Positions 34,943 through 44,063 of a DNA stretch of 64,000 nt are shown here, piece by piece. Both the position numbers and the translations under genes were made by a program. The stretch is from an uncultured Coriobacteriales bacterium (GTDB lineage: Bacteria; Actinomycetota; Coriobacteriia; Coriobacteriales; UMGS124): assembly GCA_934636245.1 (NCBI GenBank), contig CAKUAI010000004.1, positions 131,923-195,922 on the forward strand, given 5' to 3'. Below the pieces are notes generated by a model. It was not told the origin of the DNA and ran no database searches. It worked only from the letters and a program-made list of their open reading frames with translations. Position 1 is the first letter of the stretch. The number at the start of each line of letters is the position of its first letter.

Positions 34943-34976
34943 CAAAACGAAAAGGGGCGCTAGTGCGCCCCTAAAA
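34943..34976 (-). terminator. rpsO terminator / pnp leader hairpin
   Basis: Minus-strand stem AGGGGCGC / GCGCCCCT with a 4-nt loop, followed by TTTTCGTTTTG. It lies 7 nt after the rpsO stop. Confidence 0.6.
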
Positions 34977-34982
34977 GACAAC

Positions 34983-35258
34983 TTACTGAATGTTGTCGCG
35001 AAGCTCGAGCTTAGCGATGAGCTCACGATACTCGTTGATATCGTTGGAGCGGATGTAGCGAAGCAGCGAGCGACGGTGGCCGACGAGCATAAGCAGACCA
35101 CGGCGGCTGTGGAAGTCGTGGGGGTGCTGCTTGCAGTGCTCGGTGAGCTCACGGATACGAGCGGTGAGAAGAGCGACCTGAACGCGGGGGGTGCCGGTGT
35201 CGTTGGCATCCTTGCCGAACTCAGCGACGATAGCGGCCTTCTGCTCCTTGGTGACCAT
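34983..35258 (-). CDS. rpsO: 30S ribosomal protein S15
   Basis: The start is re-called to the ATG at 35258 (MVTKEQKAAIVAEFGKDANDTGTPRVQVALLTARI...), with GGAAAGGA upstream. The family is recognisable along the full length. Confidence 0.95.
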   Translation of the reverse strand: MVTKEQKAAIVAEFGKDANDTGTPRVQVALLTARIRELTEHCKQHPHDFHSRRGLLMLVGHRRSLLRYIRSNDINEYRELIAKLELRDNIQ

Positions 35259-35462
35259 TGTGATTCCTTTCCATCTAACCTGATAAAGACGCCCCTGTCT
35301 CAGATGCAATCCGATGGAGGTTGCAACCGGGGCAAGGGTCAAACGCAAGTAGGATACACTTCCTTTTCAGGCAGGTATCGCTCGTTTCCCGAAGAGCTAT
35401 CTCCTACACAAAATCTGCGCGGTAAACATCCTGTTTAAACGCAAGATTCGTTAACATCGAGA

Positions 35463-36959
35463 TTAAATGGCCGGCGTACAAAGAGCTCCATTTGCAGAAA
35501 CGGAAGCCAAAGGCATGTGAATGAGCGTCGGCTCCTCAAACCCATGCTCCCCCACCGGGATGATCACCTCGTGGTGGCTTGCCGTGGTGCCGCAGGCGTT
35601 GCCAGCCTCATCGATCTGCTCGATAAGGACAGGCTCAACCGTGCCAATGCGGCGAGCTGCGTCATCATGGCGCAGACGGTCGGCCAGAACACGCAGGCGC
35701 TCCGAGCGCTCGCGGATGACCTCGGGAGCAATCTGGTCGGGCATGCTGGCAGCCGGCGTGTCAGGGCGGGCCGAGAAGCGGAAGGCATGGATTTTGGAGA
35801 AAGCAGCCTTCTCGGAAAGCGTGAGGGTCTCCTGGAAGTCCTCCTCGGTCTCACCAGGGAAGCCAACGATGATATCGGTGGAAATGGCCGCCGCAGGCAG
35901 GGCATCGCGGATGAGCGCCACCTTCTCCAGGAACTGCTCGGCGTTGTAGCGGCGCCCCATGCGATGAAGCACACGGGTGGAACCCGCCTGCAAAGGCAGA
36001 TGGAAATGCGGCGCCACGCAATCAGCATAGCGTGCAAACGCGGCCACGAGCTCGGGCGTGACCTCGGGCGGCTCGATGCTCGATGCACGCAGCAGTGCGC
36101 CATGCTCGCGAATAAGCGGCACCAAGCGCTCGATGAGGCCAGCCAGGTCAAGCGACTCGCCCTGCTCGTCGACCGAGCAGTATCGTCCCAGGTTGATGCC
36201 CGTGAGGTCCACTTCGAGCGCACCTTCGCTCAAAACCTGGCGCACCTGCTTCTCAATAAGGCTATAGGGGGTAGACAGCGACTTGCCGCGAGCCCGCCAC
36301 ACGATGCAGTACGTGCACTTATTGTCGCAGCCGTCCTGCACTTTAACGCCTCGACGGGCACGAAAGACAGCATGAACACCTGGGGTCGAGAGTGTGTCTT
36401 CAGTGCTCAGACAGTCCTCGGCGCTACGCGCCTGCGGAACTGCGCCTGAGGAAACACTCTCAACCCTCGCAAGGCTATCTCGCTGCATATATTGGAGAGA
36501 CTCCTGCTGGGAGGGCGAGGATGCCTCATCGCGAGTTCCGCAGCCGCAAAGCGGCGAGGACTGTTTGAGCAGGGAGGTATCCTCGCCCTCCCCGGTAAGA
36601 CTTCCGTTCAACTCCTCCCACGCCTTTAGAGAGTCCTCCACCAACGCAAGCTTTGCGGGAAGCACGCGCACGTTGTCGCCGATCGCTTCGAGCTCGGCGG
36701 GGAACAGGTTCGCCACGCATCCCGTCACGGCCACAAGCGGGTGCTTGGGAAGGCTCGCGGCGCGGCGCACGGCTTTGCGTGTCTTTGCCTGGGCCTCGCC
36801 CGTCACGGCGCAGGTGTTGATTGCAATGATGTCGGCCTCGTCCTCGGCGCACAAAAAAGCACCCGACTGGACGAAGGAGCTCTCCATCCAGTCGGACTCC
36901 ACGCGGTTGACGCGACAGCCTAGGTTGACGACGCAAACGTGCGGGGCAATGCGCTCCAT
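35463..36959 (-). CDS. mtaB: tRNA-t6A37 methylthiotransferase MtaB-like (MiaB-like radical SAM enzyme) with internal low-complexity insertion
   Basis: N-terminal MTTase domain (VVNLGCRVNRVES...INTCAVTGEA), radical-SAM CDNKCTYCIV and a TRAM-like C-terminus. The ATG overlaps the dnaJ stop (TAATG). Confidence 0.82.
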   Translation of the reverse strand: MERIAPHVCVVNLGCRVNRVESDWMESSFVQSGAFLCAEDEADIIAINTCAVTGEAQAKTRKAVRRAASLPKHPLVAVTGCVANLFPAELEAIGDNVRVLPAKLALVEDSLKAWEELNGSLTGEGEDTSLLKQSSPLCGCGTRDEASSPSQQESLQYMQRDSLARVESVSSGAVPQARSAEDCLSTEDTLSTPGVHAVFRARRGVKVQDGCDNKCTYCIVWRARGKSLSTPYSLIEKQVRQVLSEGALEVDLTGINLGRYCSVDEQGESLDLAGLIERLVPLIREHGALLRASSIEPPEVTPELVAAFARYADCVAPHFHLPLQAGSTRVLHRMGRRYNAEQFLEKVALIRDALPAAAISTDIIVGFPGETEEDFQETLTLSEKAAFSKIHAFRFSARPDTPAASMPDQIAPEVIRERSERLRVLADRLRHDDAARRIGTVEPVLIEQIDEAGNACGTTASHHEVIIPVGEHGFEEPTLIHMPLASVSANGALCTPAI

Positions 36960-38080
36960 TAGGACAGAGCGTCCTTGATACGCTGCCAGGGCGTGCGCTT
37001 CTTGTCCACCGTCTCGTCCATGGTGTGAGCAAGCCTCTCGAGCAGCTCGCGCTGCTCGTCGGTCAACGAGGTGGGCACGATGACGTCGACATGGGCGATG
37101 AGGTCACCGCGGCCGTCACGGCGCATGCGGGGCATGCCCTTGCCGGAAACACGCACAGTATCGTCGAACTGGCAGCCGGCGGGCACCACGATCTCGACCT
37201 CCTCATCAGGCATGACGCCGTCGACGACGACGGTGGTGCCCAGAGCAGCCTGGGCGATGCCGACCTCGACGCGCACATGCAGGTCGTCGCCGGAGCGCTG
37301 GAAAGCCTCGTCGTCGGCCACGCGGACTGACACAATGAGGTCGCCGGAATGAGCGCCGCGAACGCCCGCCTCACCAAAGCCGGGCACGCGCAGCTGCTGG
37401 CCGTCGGCGATGCCGGCGGGAACCTTCACGCTGACGCGCTCGCGGTCGGGCGAACGGCCCTGACCGTCGCACTCAGGACAGGGCTTGTCGATGGTCTTGC
37501 CCGAACCGTTGCAGTCGGGACACACCGAGCGGCTCTGCATGTTGCCGAAGAAGGTGCGCTGCTGCGTCACAACCTGGCCAGTGCCATGACAGTTGGGGCA
37601 AGTGGTCTCCTTGCCGCCCTCAGCACAGCCCGAACCGTTGCACGACTTGCACGGCGACAGGCGGTTGTAGGAAATCTCCTTGGTGCAGCCAGTGGCCGCC
37701 TCCTGCAGGGTAATCAGAATAGAGGCGCCCATGTCGCGGCCATCGAGACGCACGCCGCGGCCCGACGCAGCAGAGCCCCCGAAGAAGGAGCTGAACAGGT
37801 CGGACATGTCGAAGCCGCCGCCAAAGATGTCGCTCATGTCGGGGCCGCCCTGGCCGTAGCCGTCGACCGTGCCGTAGCGATCGTAGAACGCACGCTTGTC
37901 GGAGTCGGACAGGACCGCATAGGCCTCGTTGACCTCCTTGAAGCGAACCTCGGCATCGGGAGCCTTGTTGACGTCGGGGTGCATGGTGCGGGCCTTCTTG
38001 TGGAAGGCCTTGCGAATCGTCGCGTCGTCGGCGTCTCGGTCAACGCCGAGGATCGCGTAGTAGTCTTTGGTATCAGCCAT
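36959..38080 (-). CDS. dnaJ: Molecular chaperone DnaJ (type I, full architecture)
   Basis: J domain (DYYAILGV...MHPDVNK), G/F region, four CxxCxGxG repeats ([32 protein letters not shown]), and CTD I/II with the dimerisation end. Confidence 0.93.
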   Translation of the reverse strand: MADTKDYYAILGVDRDADDATIRKAFHKKARTMHPDVNKAPDAEVRFKEVNEAYAVLSDSDKRAFYDRYGTVDGYGQGGPDMSDIFGGGFDMSDLFSSFFGGSAASGRGVRLDGRDMGASILITLQEAATGCTKEISYNRLSPCKSCNGSGCAEGGKETTCPNCHGTGQVVTQQRTFFGNMQSRSVCPDCNGSGKTIDKPCPECDGQGRSPDRERVSVKVPAGIADGQQLRVPGFGEAGVRGAHSGDLIVSVRVADDEAFQRSGDDLHVRVEVGIAQAALGTTVVVDGVMPDEEVEIVVPAGCQFDDTVRVSGKGMPRMRRDGRGDLIAHVDVIVPTSLTDEQRELLERLAHTMDETVDKKRTPWQRIKDALS

Positions 38081-38155
38081 GAAAAAGCCTCTTCAACAAT
38101 TACGAAATCTGAACGCGTGCCTTACAAACAAACCTGAAAACTATACCGCCGCATC

Positions 38156-39244
38156 TCACCACATGCGACCGCATGAGACGAGCGGTACAAATATAACGTA
38201 GAGGAAGAGGCCCATAAGGAAGCCCACCAGGAAACGCTTGCCCGCGCGCTTGGCAAAGCTGCCGCCCGCGCCCTTGGCAAACAGCGTGGGCGAGGCGAAG
38301 AACGCCACGAAGAGCAGCGGGAATGCCAAGAGGGACAGCACATGCATGATGAGCTGCGAGAACAGCGTGCATACGAGCATCGCGCACACTACGCCCAGAC
38401 CGGTGAAGAGTGCCTCCTGCTGCTGGGTGAGATGCTCGGAAGGCACCACGAAGGACGCCTTGAGATCGCCGGTGGCACCGCCGCACCTACCGGCATCGCC
38501 GGCGCCCGGCACGCGCACCTCGTCGCCGTCATGCGAGGCGGCAGGCACCTTGACCTCCACGGTAGAGCGACCCTGGCGCGTGCCCGTGCCATGGCACGAA
38601 TGGCAGGCATTCTTGATGATCTTGCCCGAACCCTGGCACACTGGGCACTGCATCGCGGTGGTGAAGAGACCCATCATGTCAACCTCGGCCTGACCCGAGC
38701 CGTGGCAGGTGGGGCAGGTGATGGGCTCAGATCCAGCCTCGTAGCCCCTGCCGCGGCACTCCGGGCAGCTCTCAAGATGCGAGTAGGCCACACGCTTGGT
38801 GCAGCCCTTGCGGGCCTCGTCGCGGGTGAGCTCAAGCTGGATGGAACGTGTGGCACCCTGCTTGCGCGCATAGGGGGTACCCTGCGGTGCGCGGCCTGCG
38901 GAGCTGTAGCCCGCGCCATAGGGACTGCCCCACGACGTCCAACCGCCGAAGGGGCTGTAGCCGCCCGACCAGGAACCCGCGCCGGCAGGGCCCGACGTAT
39001 ACGGGTTCTGCGTGGTAAAACCACCGGCCTTCACGGCATCGTAGCGGGCCTTTTTGTCGGGATCCGACAGGGTGTCGTAAGCCTCGGAAACCTCTTTGAA
39101 GCGTTCCTCGGCACCAGGCTCCTTGCACACGTCGGGGTGCATCGTGCGGGCCTTGGCGCGAAACGCCTTTTTGATGTCCTCGGGCGTAGCATCCTTCGAA
39201 ACGCCGAGTATGTCGTAGTAGTCCTTGTTGGAGGGGGTTGCCAA
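38156..39244 (-). CDS. Membrane-anchored DnaJ paralog: J domain, G/Y/S-rich region, zinc-finger domain, then three predicted C-terminal TM helices
   Basis: TTG start with GAGGAG 10 nt upstream. DYYDILGV...MHPDV (HPD). CPECRGRG, CPTCHGSG, CPVCQGSG, CHSCHGTG. The C-terminal roughly 85 aa are hydrophobic (GLGVVCAMLVCTLFSQLIM / LLAFPLLFVAFFASPTLF / FLVGFLMGLFLYVIFVPLV) in place of CTD-II and the dimerisation region. Confidence 0.8.
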   Translation of the reverse strand: MATPSNKDYYDILGVSKDATPEDIKKAFRAKARTMHPDVCKEPGAEERFKEVSEAYDTLSDPDKKARYDAVKAGGFTTQNPYTSGPAGAGSWSGGYSPFGGWTSWGSPYGAGYSSAGRAPQGTPYARKQGATRSIQLELTRDEARKGCTKRVAYSHLESCPECRGRGYEAGSEPITCPTCHGSGQAEVDMMGLFTTAMQCPVCQGSGKIIKNACHSCHGTGTRQGRSTVEVKVPAASHDGDEVRVPGAGDAGRCGGATGDLKASFVVPSEHLTQQQEALFTGLGVVCAMLVCTLFSQLIMHVLSLLAFPLLFVAFFASPTLFAKGAGGSFAKRAGKRFLVGFLMGLFLYVIFVPLVSCGRMW

Positions 39245-39389
39245 AACGACCTAACTCCTCAAGTAGCAGGTAAAGAAAAAATGCTCGCTTTATTCTACCC
39301 AGACCAGGCGGCATACATATAAAGCCCAGATACTGGCAGAGAGGCTGAAAAGAGCCCCAAGGCGAGCCTGACATGCACAAACGGCCTCG

Positions 39390-40718
39390 TCAATCACCTG
39401 CCGTGTCCCACATGATGCCGAAAAGCTCGTTGCCCAGCAGCCAGCCTTTCTGCGTGGGACAAAGCGACCCCGCGGCATCAAGCGCAGCCAGCTCGTCTTT
39501 GCAGGCAAGTTTGACGGCAGCGTCGAGCTTGCCTCGCGGGATTCCACGCTCGACAGCACCCTCGAGCACGTCGCGCGTAGCGCCCCGCACCATGCGCATG
39601 GCCAGCATGAGGTCCTCAGCGGCCGCCTCGCGCGAGGTGAGTGTCTCCAGAAAAACACAAGGCCCCGTCGCAGCGCCCACGCCGCGCACGAAAGCTTCCG
39701 CGTCATCCGGAAACGAGAGGCGCACGCGGGCGAAATCGGACTGGCAGGCAAGCGCATCGGCCAACTTTTGCGCCGTGGACGCACCATCCCCACCTGCGCG
39801 AAGGCCAAGCACCTCGCCCACCTCACAGGCAAGGCCGGGCGTGAGCATCGAGGCCGCCGCGGCTCCCAGGCCCAGGTAGCATGCACCCGTCCAATAGGCG
39901 ATGTTGTGCCGGCAGGCGTGCCCCGGCCGCGCATAGCTTGCAACCTCGTAGCGCTGCAGGCCAGCTTTATCCAGGATGGAGGCAGCCTCAAGCATCATGT
40001 CGGCCTGTAGGTCGGCATCGGGCAACTGCATGGACCCCGCCAACACGGCATTGTCGAAGGGCGTGCCCTCCTCAATGGAAAGCGGATAGCAGCTCACATG
40101 GTCGGCACCTGCGGCAAGCACGCCTTCAAGACTCGCCCGCCAGCTGGCGGGCGTCTGACCAGGGATGCCGCACATGAGGTCGCACGAGAGATCGAGCCCG
40201 GCCGCTTTCACAACCCGCGCGGCTTCCAGGGCCTGCTGGGATGTATGCGCCCGGCCCAGGCCACACAGCTCGGCATCGTTGAGAGACTGCACCCCCAGGC
40301 TCACGCGCGTGATGCCGGCACGGCGCAAGCCGACGGCCAAAGACTCGCTCAGAGAGTCGGGATTGGCCTCGGTAGTGAACTCGACGAGCTCAGGGCACTG
40401 CAGGCCGACCTCCCGGGCCAGCTCCACGAGCCGCTCCCCTGCCAGCGTGGGCGTACCGCCGCCGATGTAGGCCGTCTTGACATGGCGGAGCATGCCCGCC
40501 GACCCAAGGCGCGCGACAAGGGCGCGCAGGCACTCGACATACTCGGCGATGCGAGCGTCGCCGGCACGCGTGGCCTGCGAATAGAACCCGCAGTATGCGC
40601 AGCGACTCACACAGAACGGAACATGCAGATAGAGGGCCTCAATGACCCCACGCTCCCCTGTAAGGGGAGCACAAACGGCCTCGTCGCCCTCCCCCGCAGG
40701 CACGCAAGACACAGCCAT
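39390..40718 (-). CDS. hemW: Radical SAM heme chaperone HemW / oxygen-independent coproporphyrinogen-III oxidase-like protein
   Basis: LYLHVPFCVSRCAYCGFYS (CxxxCxxC), GGGTP, and a C-terminal HemN_C-like domain. It lies between dus and the J-protein gene, in the lepA-hemN neighbourhood. Confidence 0.87.
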   Translation of the reverse strand: MAVSCVPAGEGDEAVCAPLTGERGVIEALYLHVPFCVSRCAYCGFYSQATRAGDARIAEYVECLRALVARLGSAGMLRHVKTAYIGGGTPTLAGERLVELAREVGLQCPELVEFTTEANPDSLSESLAVGLRRAGITRVSLGVQSLNDAELCGLGRAHTSQQALEAARVVKAAGLDLSCDLMCGIPGQTPASWRASLEGVLAAGADHVSCYPLSIEEGTPFDNAVLAGSMQLPDADLQADMMLEAASILDKAGLQRYEVASYARPGHACRHNIAYWTGACYLGLGAAAASMLTPGLACEVGEVLGLRAGGDGASTAQKLADALACQSDFARVRLSFPDDAEAFVRGVGAATGPCVFLETLTSREAAAEDLMLAMRMVRGATRDVLEGAVERGIPRGKLDAAVKLACKDELAALDAAGSLCPTQKGWLLGNELFGIMWDTAGD

Positions 40719-40724
40719 CCTCGT

Positions 40725-41765
40725 CTACTCCAAGCCGTGCTCGCGCACGGCGGCACGCATGTCGTCGATCAGAGACAGGTAGTCGTCGAACGTCGAGCAC
40801 GACATGGTGCGGCCGCGCCACTGAGCAGCGGAAGGAAGCCCCTTGATATACCAGCAGGTGACAGGGCGCAAGCGCACCATGTGTATCGCGCTTGCCGCAG
40901 CCCTGCGCACATGGAGCTCAAGCGTGTCGAGACGCTCCATGACGCTCGGGGGCTCAGGCAGCACGCCGTCACGCCACAGGCTGTAGGCGGCGTCGAAGAT
41001 CCAGGGGTTGCCATAGCTGCCGCGGGCCACGAAGACGCCCTGGGCACCCGTCTCGCGCAGCATCGCGACGCAGCGCTCGGCACTCATGACGTCACCCGAG
41101 CCGATGACGGGCACCTCCACCGCCTCGGCCACGCGCTGCACAACGCCCCAGTCGGCCGTGCCCGTGTAGAACTGCTTGGCTGCACGGCCGTGCACGGCGA
41201 TACCGCAGGCACCCACATCTTCCAGACGACGCGCGAACTCGGGGGCAATCTCGTTGGCCATGTAGATGCCAGCACGAATCTTGCAGGTAACAGGCACAGC
41301 GCCGGCCGCCCCGCGCAGCGTCTCCATCACAATGTCGCAAGCACGCTCAGGGTCTTCCATGAGGGCGCTGCCCTCGCCTTTCTTGAAGACCTTGGGCACC
41401 GGACATGCCATGTTGATGTCGATGAGGGCAAGACGGTCGCCCAAGCGCTCGAGCACGGCATGGGCCGCCGGGGCAAACTGCTCGGGCTTGCTGCCGAAGA
41501 GCTGTACGGCAATCTGCGGCTCGGCATCACCGGGATCAACGAGTTCCCAGGTCTTCTGGCCACCGTGGGCCAGGCCCGCGACCGACACCATCTCGGTGTA
41601 GCACAGCGGGCACCCGTGCTCGATGGCCATCTGGCGGTACACCGGGTCGGTCACGCCCGCCATGGGGGCAAGCATGAAAGGGTGCGCGGCCAGGCGGGCA
41701 CGCAAGGCATCGCGTTGGTCGCGCACGGCGGATTCTTTTGCGGGGGTAAATGAAGCCACCGTCAT
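40725..41765 (-). CDS. dus: tRNA-dihydrouridine synthase
   Basis: LAPMAGVTDPVYR, INMACP (catalytic Cys region), a TIM-barrel FMN pattern, and a C-terminal helical domain. Confidence 0.87.
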   Translation of the reverse strand: MTVASFTPAKESAVRDQRDALRARLAAHPFMLAPMAGVTDPVYRQMAIEHGCPLCYTEMVSVAGLAHGGQKTWELVDPGDAEPQIAVQLFGSKPEQFAPAAHAVLERLGDRLALIDINMACPVPKVFKKGEGSALMEDPERACDIVMETLRGAAGAVPVTCKIRAGIYMANEIAPEFARRLEDVGACGIAVHGRAAKQFYTGTADWGVVQRVAEAVEVPVIGSGDVMSAERCVAMLRETGAQGVFVARGSYGNPWIFDAAYSLWRDGVLPEPPSVMERLDTLELHVRRAAASAIHMVRLRPVTCWYIKGLPSAAQWRGRTMSCSTFDDYLSLIDDMRAAVREHGLE

Positions 41766-41768
41766 CCC

Positions 41769-43577
41769 CTAGTCATCCACCTTGAGGATTGCCATGAAGG
41801 CCTCCTGCGGCACGTCGACGCTGCCGATGGCCTTCATGCGCTTCTTGCCCTCCTTCTGCTTCTCGAGCAGCTTGCGCTTACGCGAGATGTCGCCGCCGTA
41901 GCACTTGGCCAGAACGTCCTTGCGCAGCGCGCGCACGGTCTCGCGGGCGATAATCCTGCCGCCCACGGTTGCCTGGATGGGCACTTCGAACTGCTGGCGA
42001 GGAATGATCTCCTTGAGCTTCTCGCACAGCACGCGACCGCGGGTGTAGGCCTTGTCCTTGTGCACGATGAAGCTCAGGGCGTCGATGGTCTCGCCGGAAA
42101 GGAGGATGTCGAGCTTCTGGAGGTTGCTCGCCTGGTAGCCCTTGTACTCGTAGTCAAGCGACGCATAACCGCGCGTACGACTCTTGAGCTGGTCGAAGTA
42201 GTCCATGATGAGCTCGGAGAGCGGCATCTCCCAGTGCATCTCCACCGTGGTGGGAGACAGGTACACCATGTTGAGGAAGGTGCCGCGGTGGTCGATGGTG
42301 AGGTCCATGACCGCGCCCACGTAGTCCGGCGGCACGAGCACCTTGACCGTGAGGTAGGGTTCCTCGATGCGGTCGATGCGCGAAGGTTCGGGCATGTCCT
42401 GCGGCGAGGTGATCTCGAGCATCTCACGGTTGGTGAGGTACACGTTGTACTCTACCGAGGGTGCCGTGGCGATGAGGTCGAGGTTGAACTCGCGCTCAAG
42501 GCGCTCCTTGACGACTTCCATATGGAGGAGTCCCAAAAAGCCCACGCGGAAGCCGAAGCCCAGGGCCACGGAGGTCTCGGGCGTGTAGATGACGGCCGGG
42601 TCGTTGAGGCGCAGCTTGTCGAGAGCGTCACGCAGGTTCTCGAAGTCCTCGGTGTCGATGGGGAAAAGGCCAGCGTACACCATAGGCTTGACCTCGCGGT
42701 AGCCAGGCAAGGCCTCGTCAGCCGGATGTGCAGCGTCGGTCACCGTGTCGCCCACGCGCACGTCGAGCGGGTCCTTGAGGCCCGTCACCATGTAGCCGAC
42801 CTCACCGACACCCAGGTCGGGCAGAGGCGTCTCGGCAGGGCGGCGAACGCCAACCTCCTCGGTTTCGAAGACCAGGCCGCTCGACATGAGGCGCACGCGC
42901 TGATGGCCGCGCAGCGCACCGTCAACGATACGCACGAGCGCCACGACGCCGCGATACGAGTCGAAATAGGAGTCGAAGATCAGCGCCTTGAGGGGTGCGT
43001 CGGGATCGCCGACAGGAGCGGGGATGTCCGAGACAATGGTCTCAAGCAGCTCATGGATGCCGTCGCCCGTCTTGCCTGAGACGCTCACAGCGTCGTCGCA
43101 GGGAATGGCGAGGCCTTCCTCGATCTCGGTCTTGGTGCGCTCGACATCGGAAGACGGCAGGTCGATCTTGTTGATCGCGGGAAGGATCTCAAGGCCGGCG
43201 TTCATGGCGAGAAGGGCGTTGGACACCGTCTGCGCCTCGACGCCCTGCGTGGCGTCAACCACGAGCACCGCGCCCTCGCAAGCGGCGAGCGAACGGGAGA
43301 CCTCGTAGGTGAAGTCAACGTGACCAGGGGTATCGATGAGGTTGAACTGGTAGCGCTCGCCGTTGTCGGCCATATACTCCACGCGCACAGCCTGGCTCTT
43401 GATGGTGATGCCGCGCTCGCGCTCGATGTCCATCGAGTCGAGCAGCTGAGCCTCCATGTCGCGATGCGCCACGGTGTTCGTCTGCTCGAGGATGCGGTCG
43501 GCCACGGTCGATTTGCCGTGGTCGATATGGGCGATAATGGAGAAGTTTCTGATGTGGGAAGTGTCGTCGGTAGCCAT
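41769..43577 (-). CDS. lepA: Elongation factor 4 (LepA)
   Basis: [33 protein letters not shown], and the LepA-specific C-terminal domain (...[18 protein letters not shown]). Confidence 0.96.
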   Translation of the reverse strand: MATDDTSHIRNFSIIAHIDHGKSTVADRILEQTNTVAHRDMEAQLLDSMDIERERGITIKSQAVRVEYMADNGERYQFNLIDTPGHVDFTYEVSRSLAACEGAVLVVDATQGVEAQTVSNALLAMNAGLEILPAINKIDLPSSDVERTKTEIEEGLAIPCDDAVSVSGKTGDGIHELLETIVSDIPAPVGDPDAPLKALIFDSYFDSYRGVVALVRIVDGALRGHQRVRLMSSGLVFETEEVGVRRPAETPLPDLGVGEVGYMVTGLKDPLDVRVGDTVTDAAHPADEALPGYREVKPMVYAGLFPIDTEDFENLRDALDKLRLNDPAVIYTPETSVALGFGFRVGFLGLLHMEVVKERLEREFNLDLIATAPSVEYNVYLTNREMLEITSPQDMPEPSRIDRIEEPYLTVKVLVPPDYVGAVMDLTIDHRGTFLNMVYLSPTTVEMHWEMPLSELIMDYFDQLKSRTRGYASLDYEYKGYQASNLQKLDILLSGETIDALSFIVHKDKAYTRGRVLCEKLKEIIPRQQFEVPIQATVGGRIIARETVRALRKDVLAKCYGGDISRKRKLLEKQKEGKKRMKAIGSVDVPQEAFMAILKVDD

Positions 43578-43605
43578 ACAACCCGTTTCACGTCTCGGCT
43601 CAGGT

Positions 43606-43645
43606 ATAAAAAAAGGGCGCCGGGCACAAAGCCAGACGCCCTTTC
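43606..43645 (-). terminator. Intrinsic terminator downstream of rpsT
   Basis: Minus-strand stem AAGGGCG / CGCCCTT with a 17-nt, partly paired loop, followed by TTTTTTAT. Confidence 0.55.
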
Positions 43646-43665
43646 AACATGCTTGTTCTTAAGAA

Positions 43666-43932
43666 CTAGGCAGAAATCTTGTTGACAAGCTTGGCAACGC
43701 CGGACTTGCGGTTGGAAGCCTGGTTCTTGTGGATGACGCCCTTGGCGACAGCCTTGTCCATCTTGTGGTAGCAGACCTTGACGGCGTCGTTGGCGGCCTC
43801 GACGTTGCCGGCAGCAACGGCCTCCTGGACCCTGCGAACAGCGGTCTTGAGCTCGGAACGAACGGCGCGGTTACGGAGACGAGCCTTGGCGGCCTGCTTG
43901 TCACGCTTGATCTGAGACTTGATGTTAGGCAC
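43666..43932 (-). CDS. rpsT: 30S ribosomal protein S20
   Basis: The start is re-called to the GTG at 43932 (V/M-PNIKSQIKRDKQAAKARLRNRAVRSELKT...), with GAAGGGA upstream. The family is recognisable along the full length. Confidence 0.92.
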   Translation of the reverse strand: MPNIKSQIKRDKQAAKARLRNRAVRSELKTAVRRVQEAVAAGNVEAANDAVKVCYHKMDKAVAKGVIHKNQASNRKSGVAKLVNKISA

Positions 43933-44063
43933 TGAAGTAGATCCCTTCAAATCATAACTATACGGCAGGTTCCGCCTGCCTATCTGCAACTCGTCTAGTA
44001 TATGCGCAAGCGTTCAAAGATGCCAGTGTTCCCGACAATCTACGCAAACACACCGCACGCAGA

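Noticed and set aside
39245-39389. CIRCE (HrcA) or HAIR (HspR) operator upstream of the J-protein and dnaJ genes.
   Set aside because: No TTAGCACTC-N9-GAGTGCTAA is present. Only a single CTTGAGG half-site-like string lies next to the RBS, with no ACTCAAG partner. The 38081-38155 spacer also lacks both elements.
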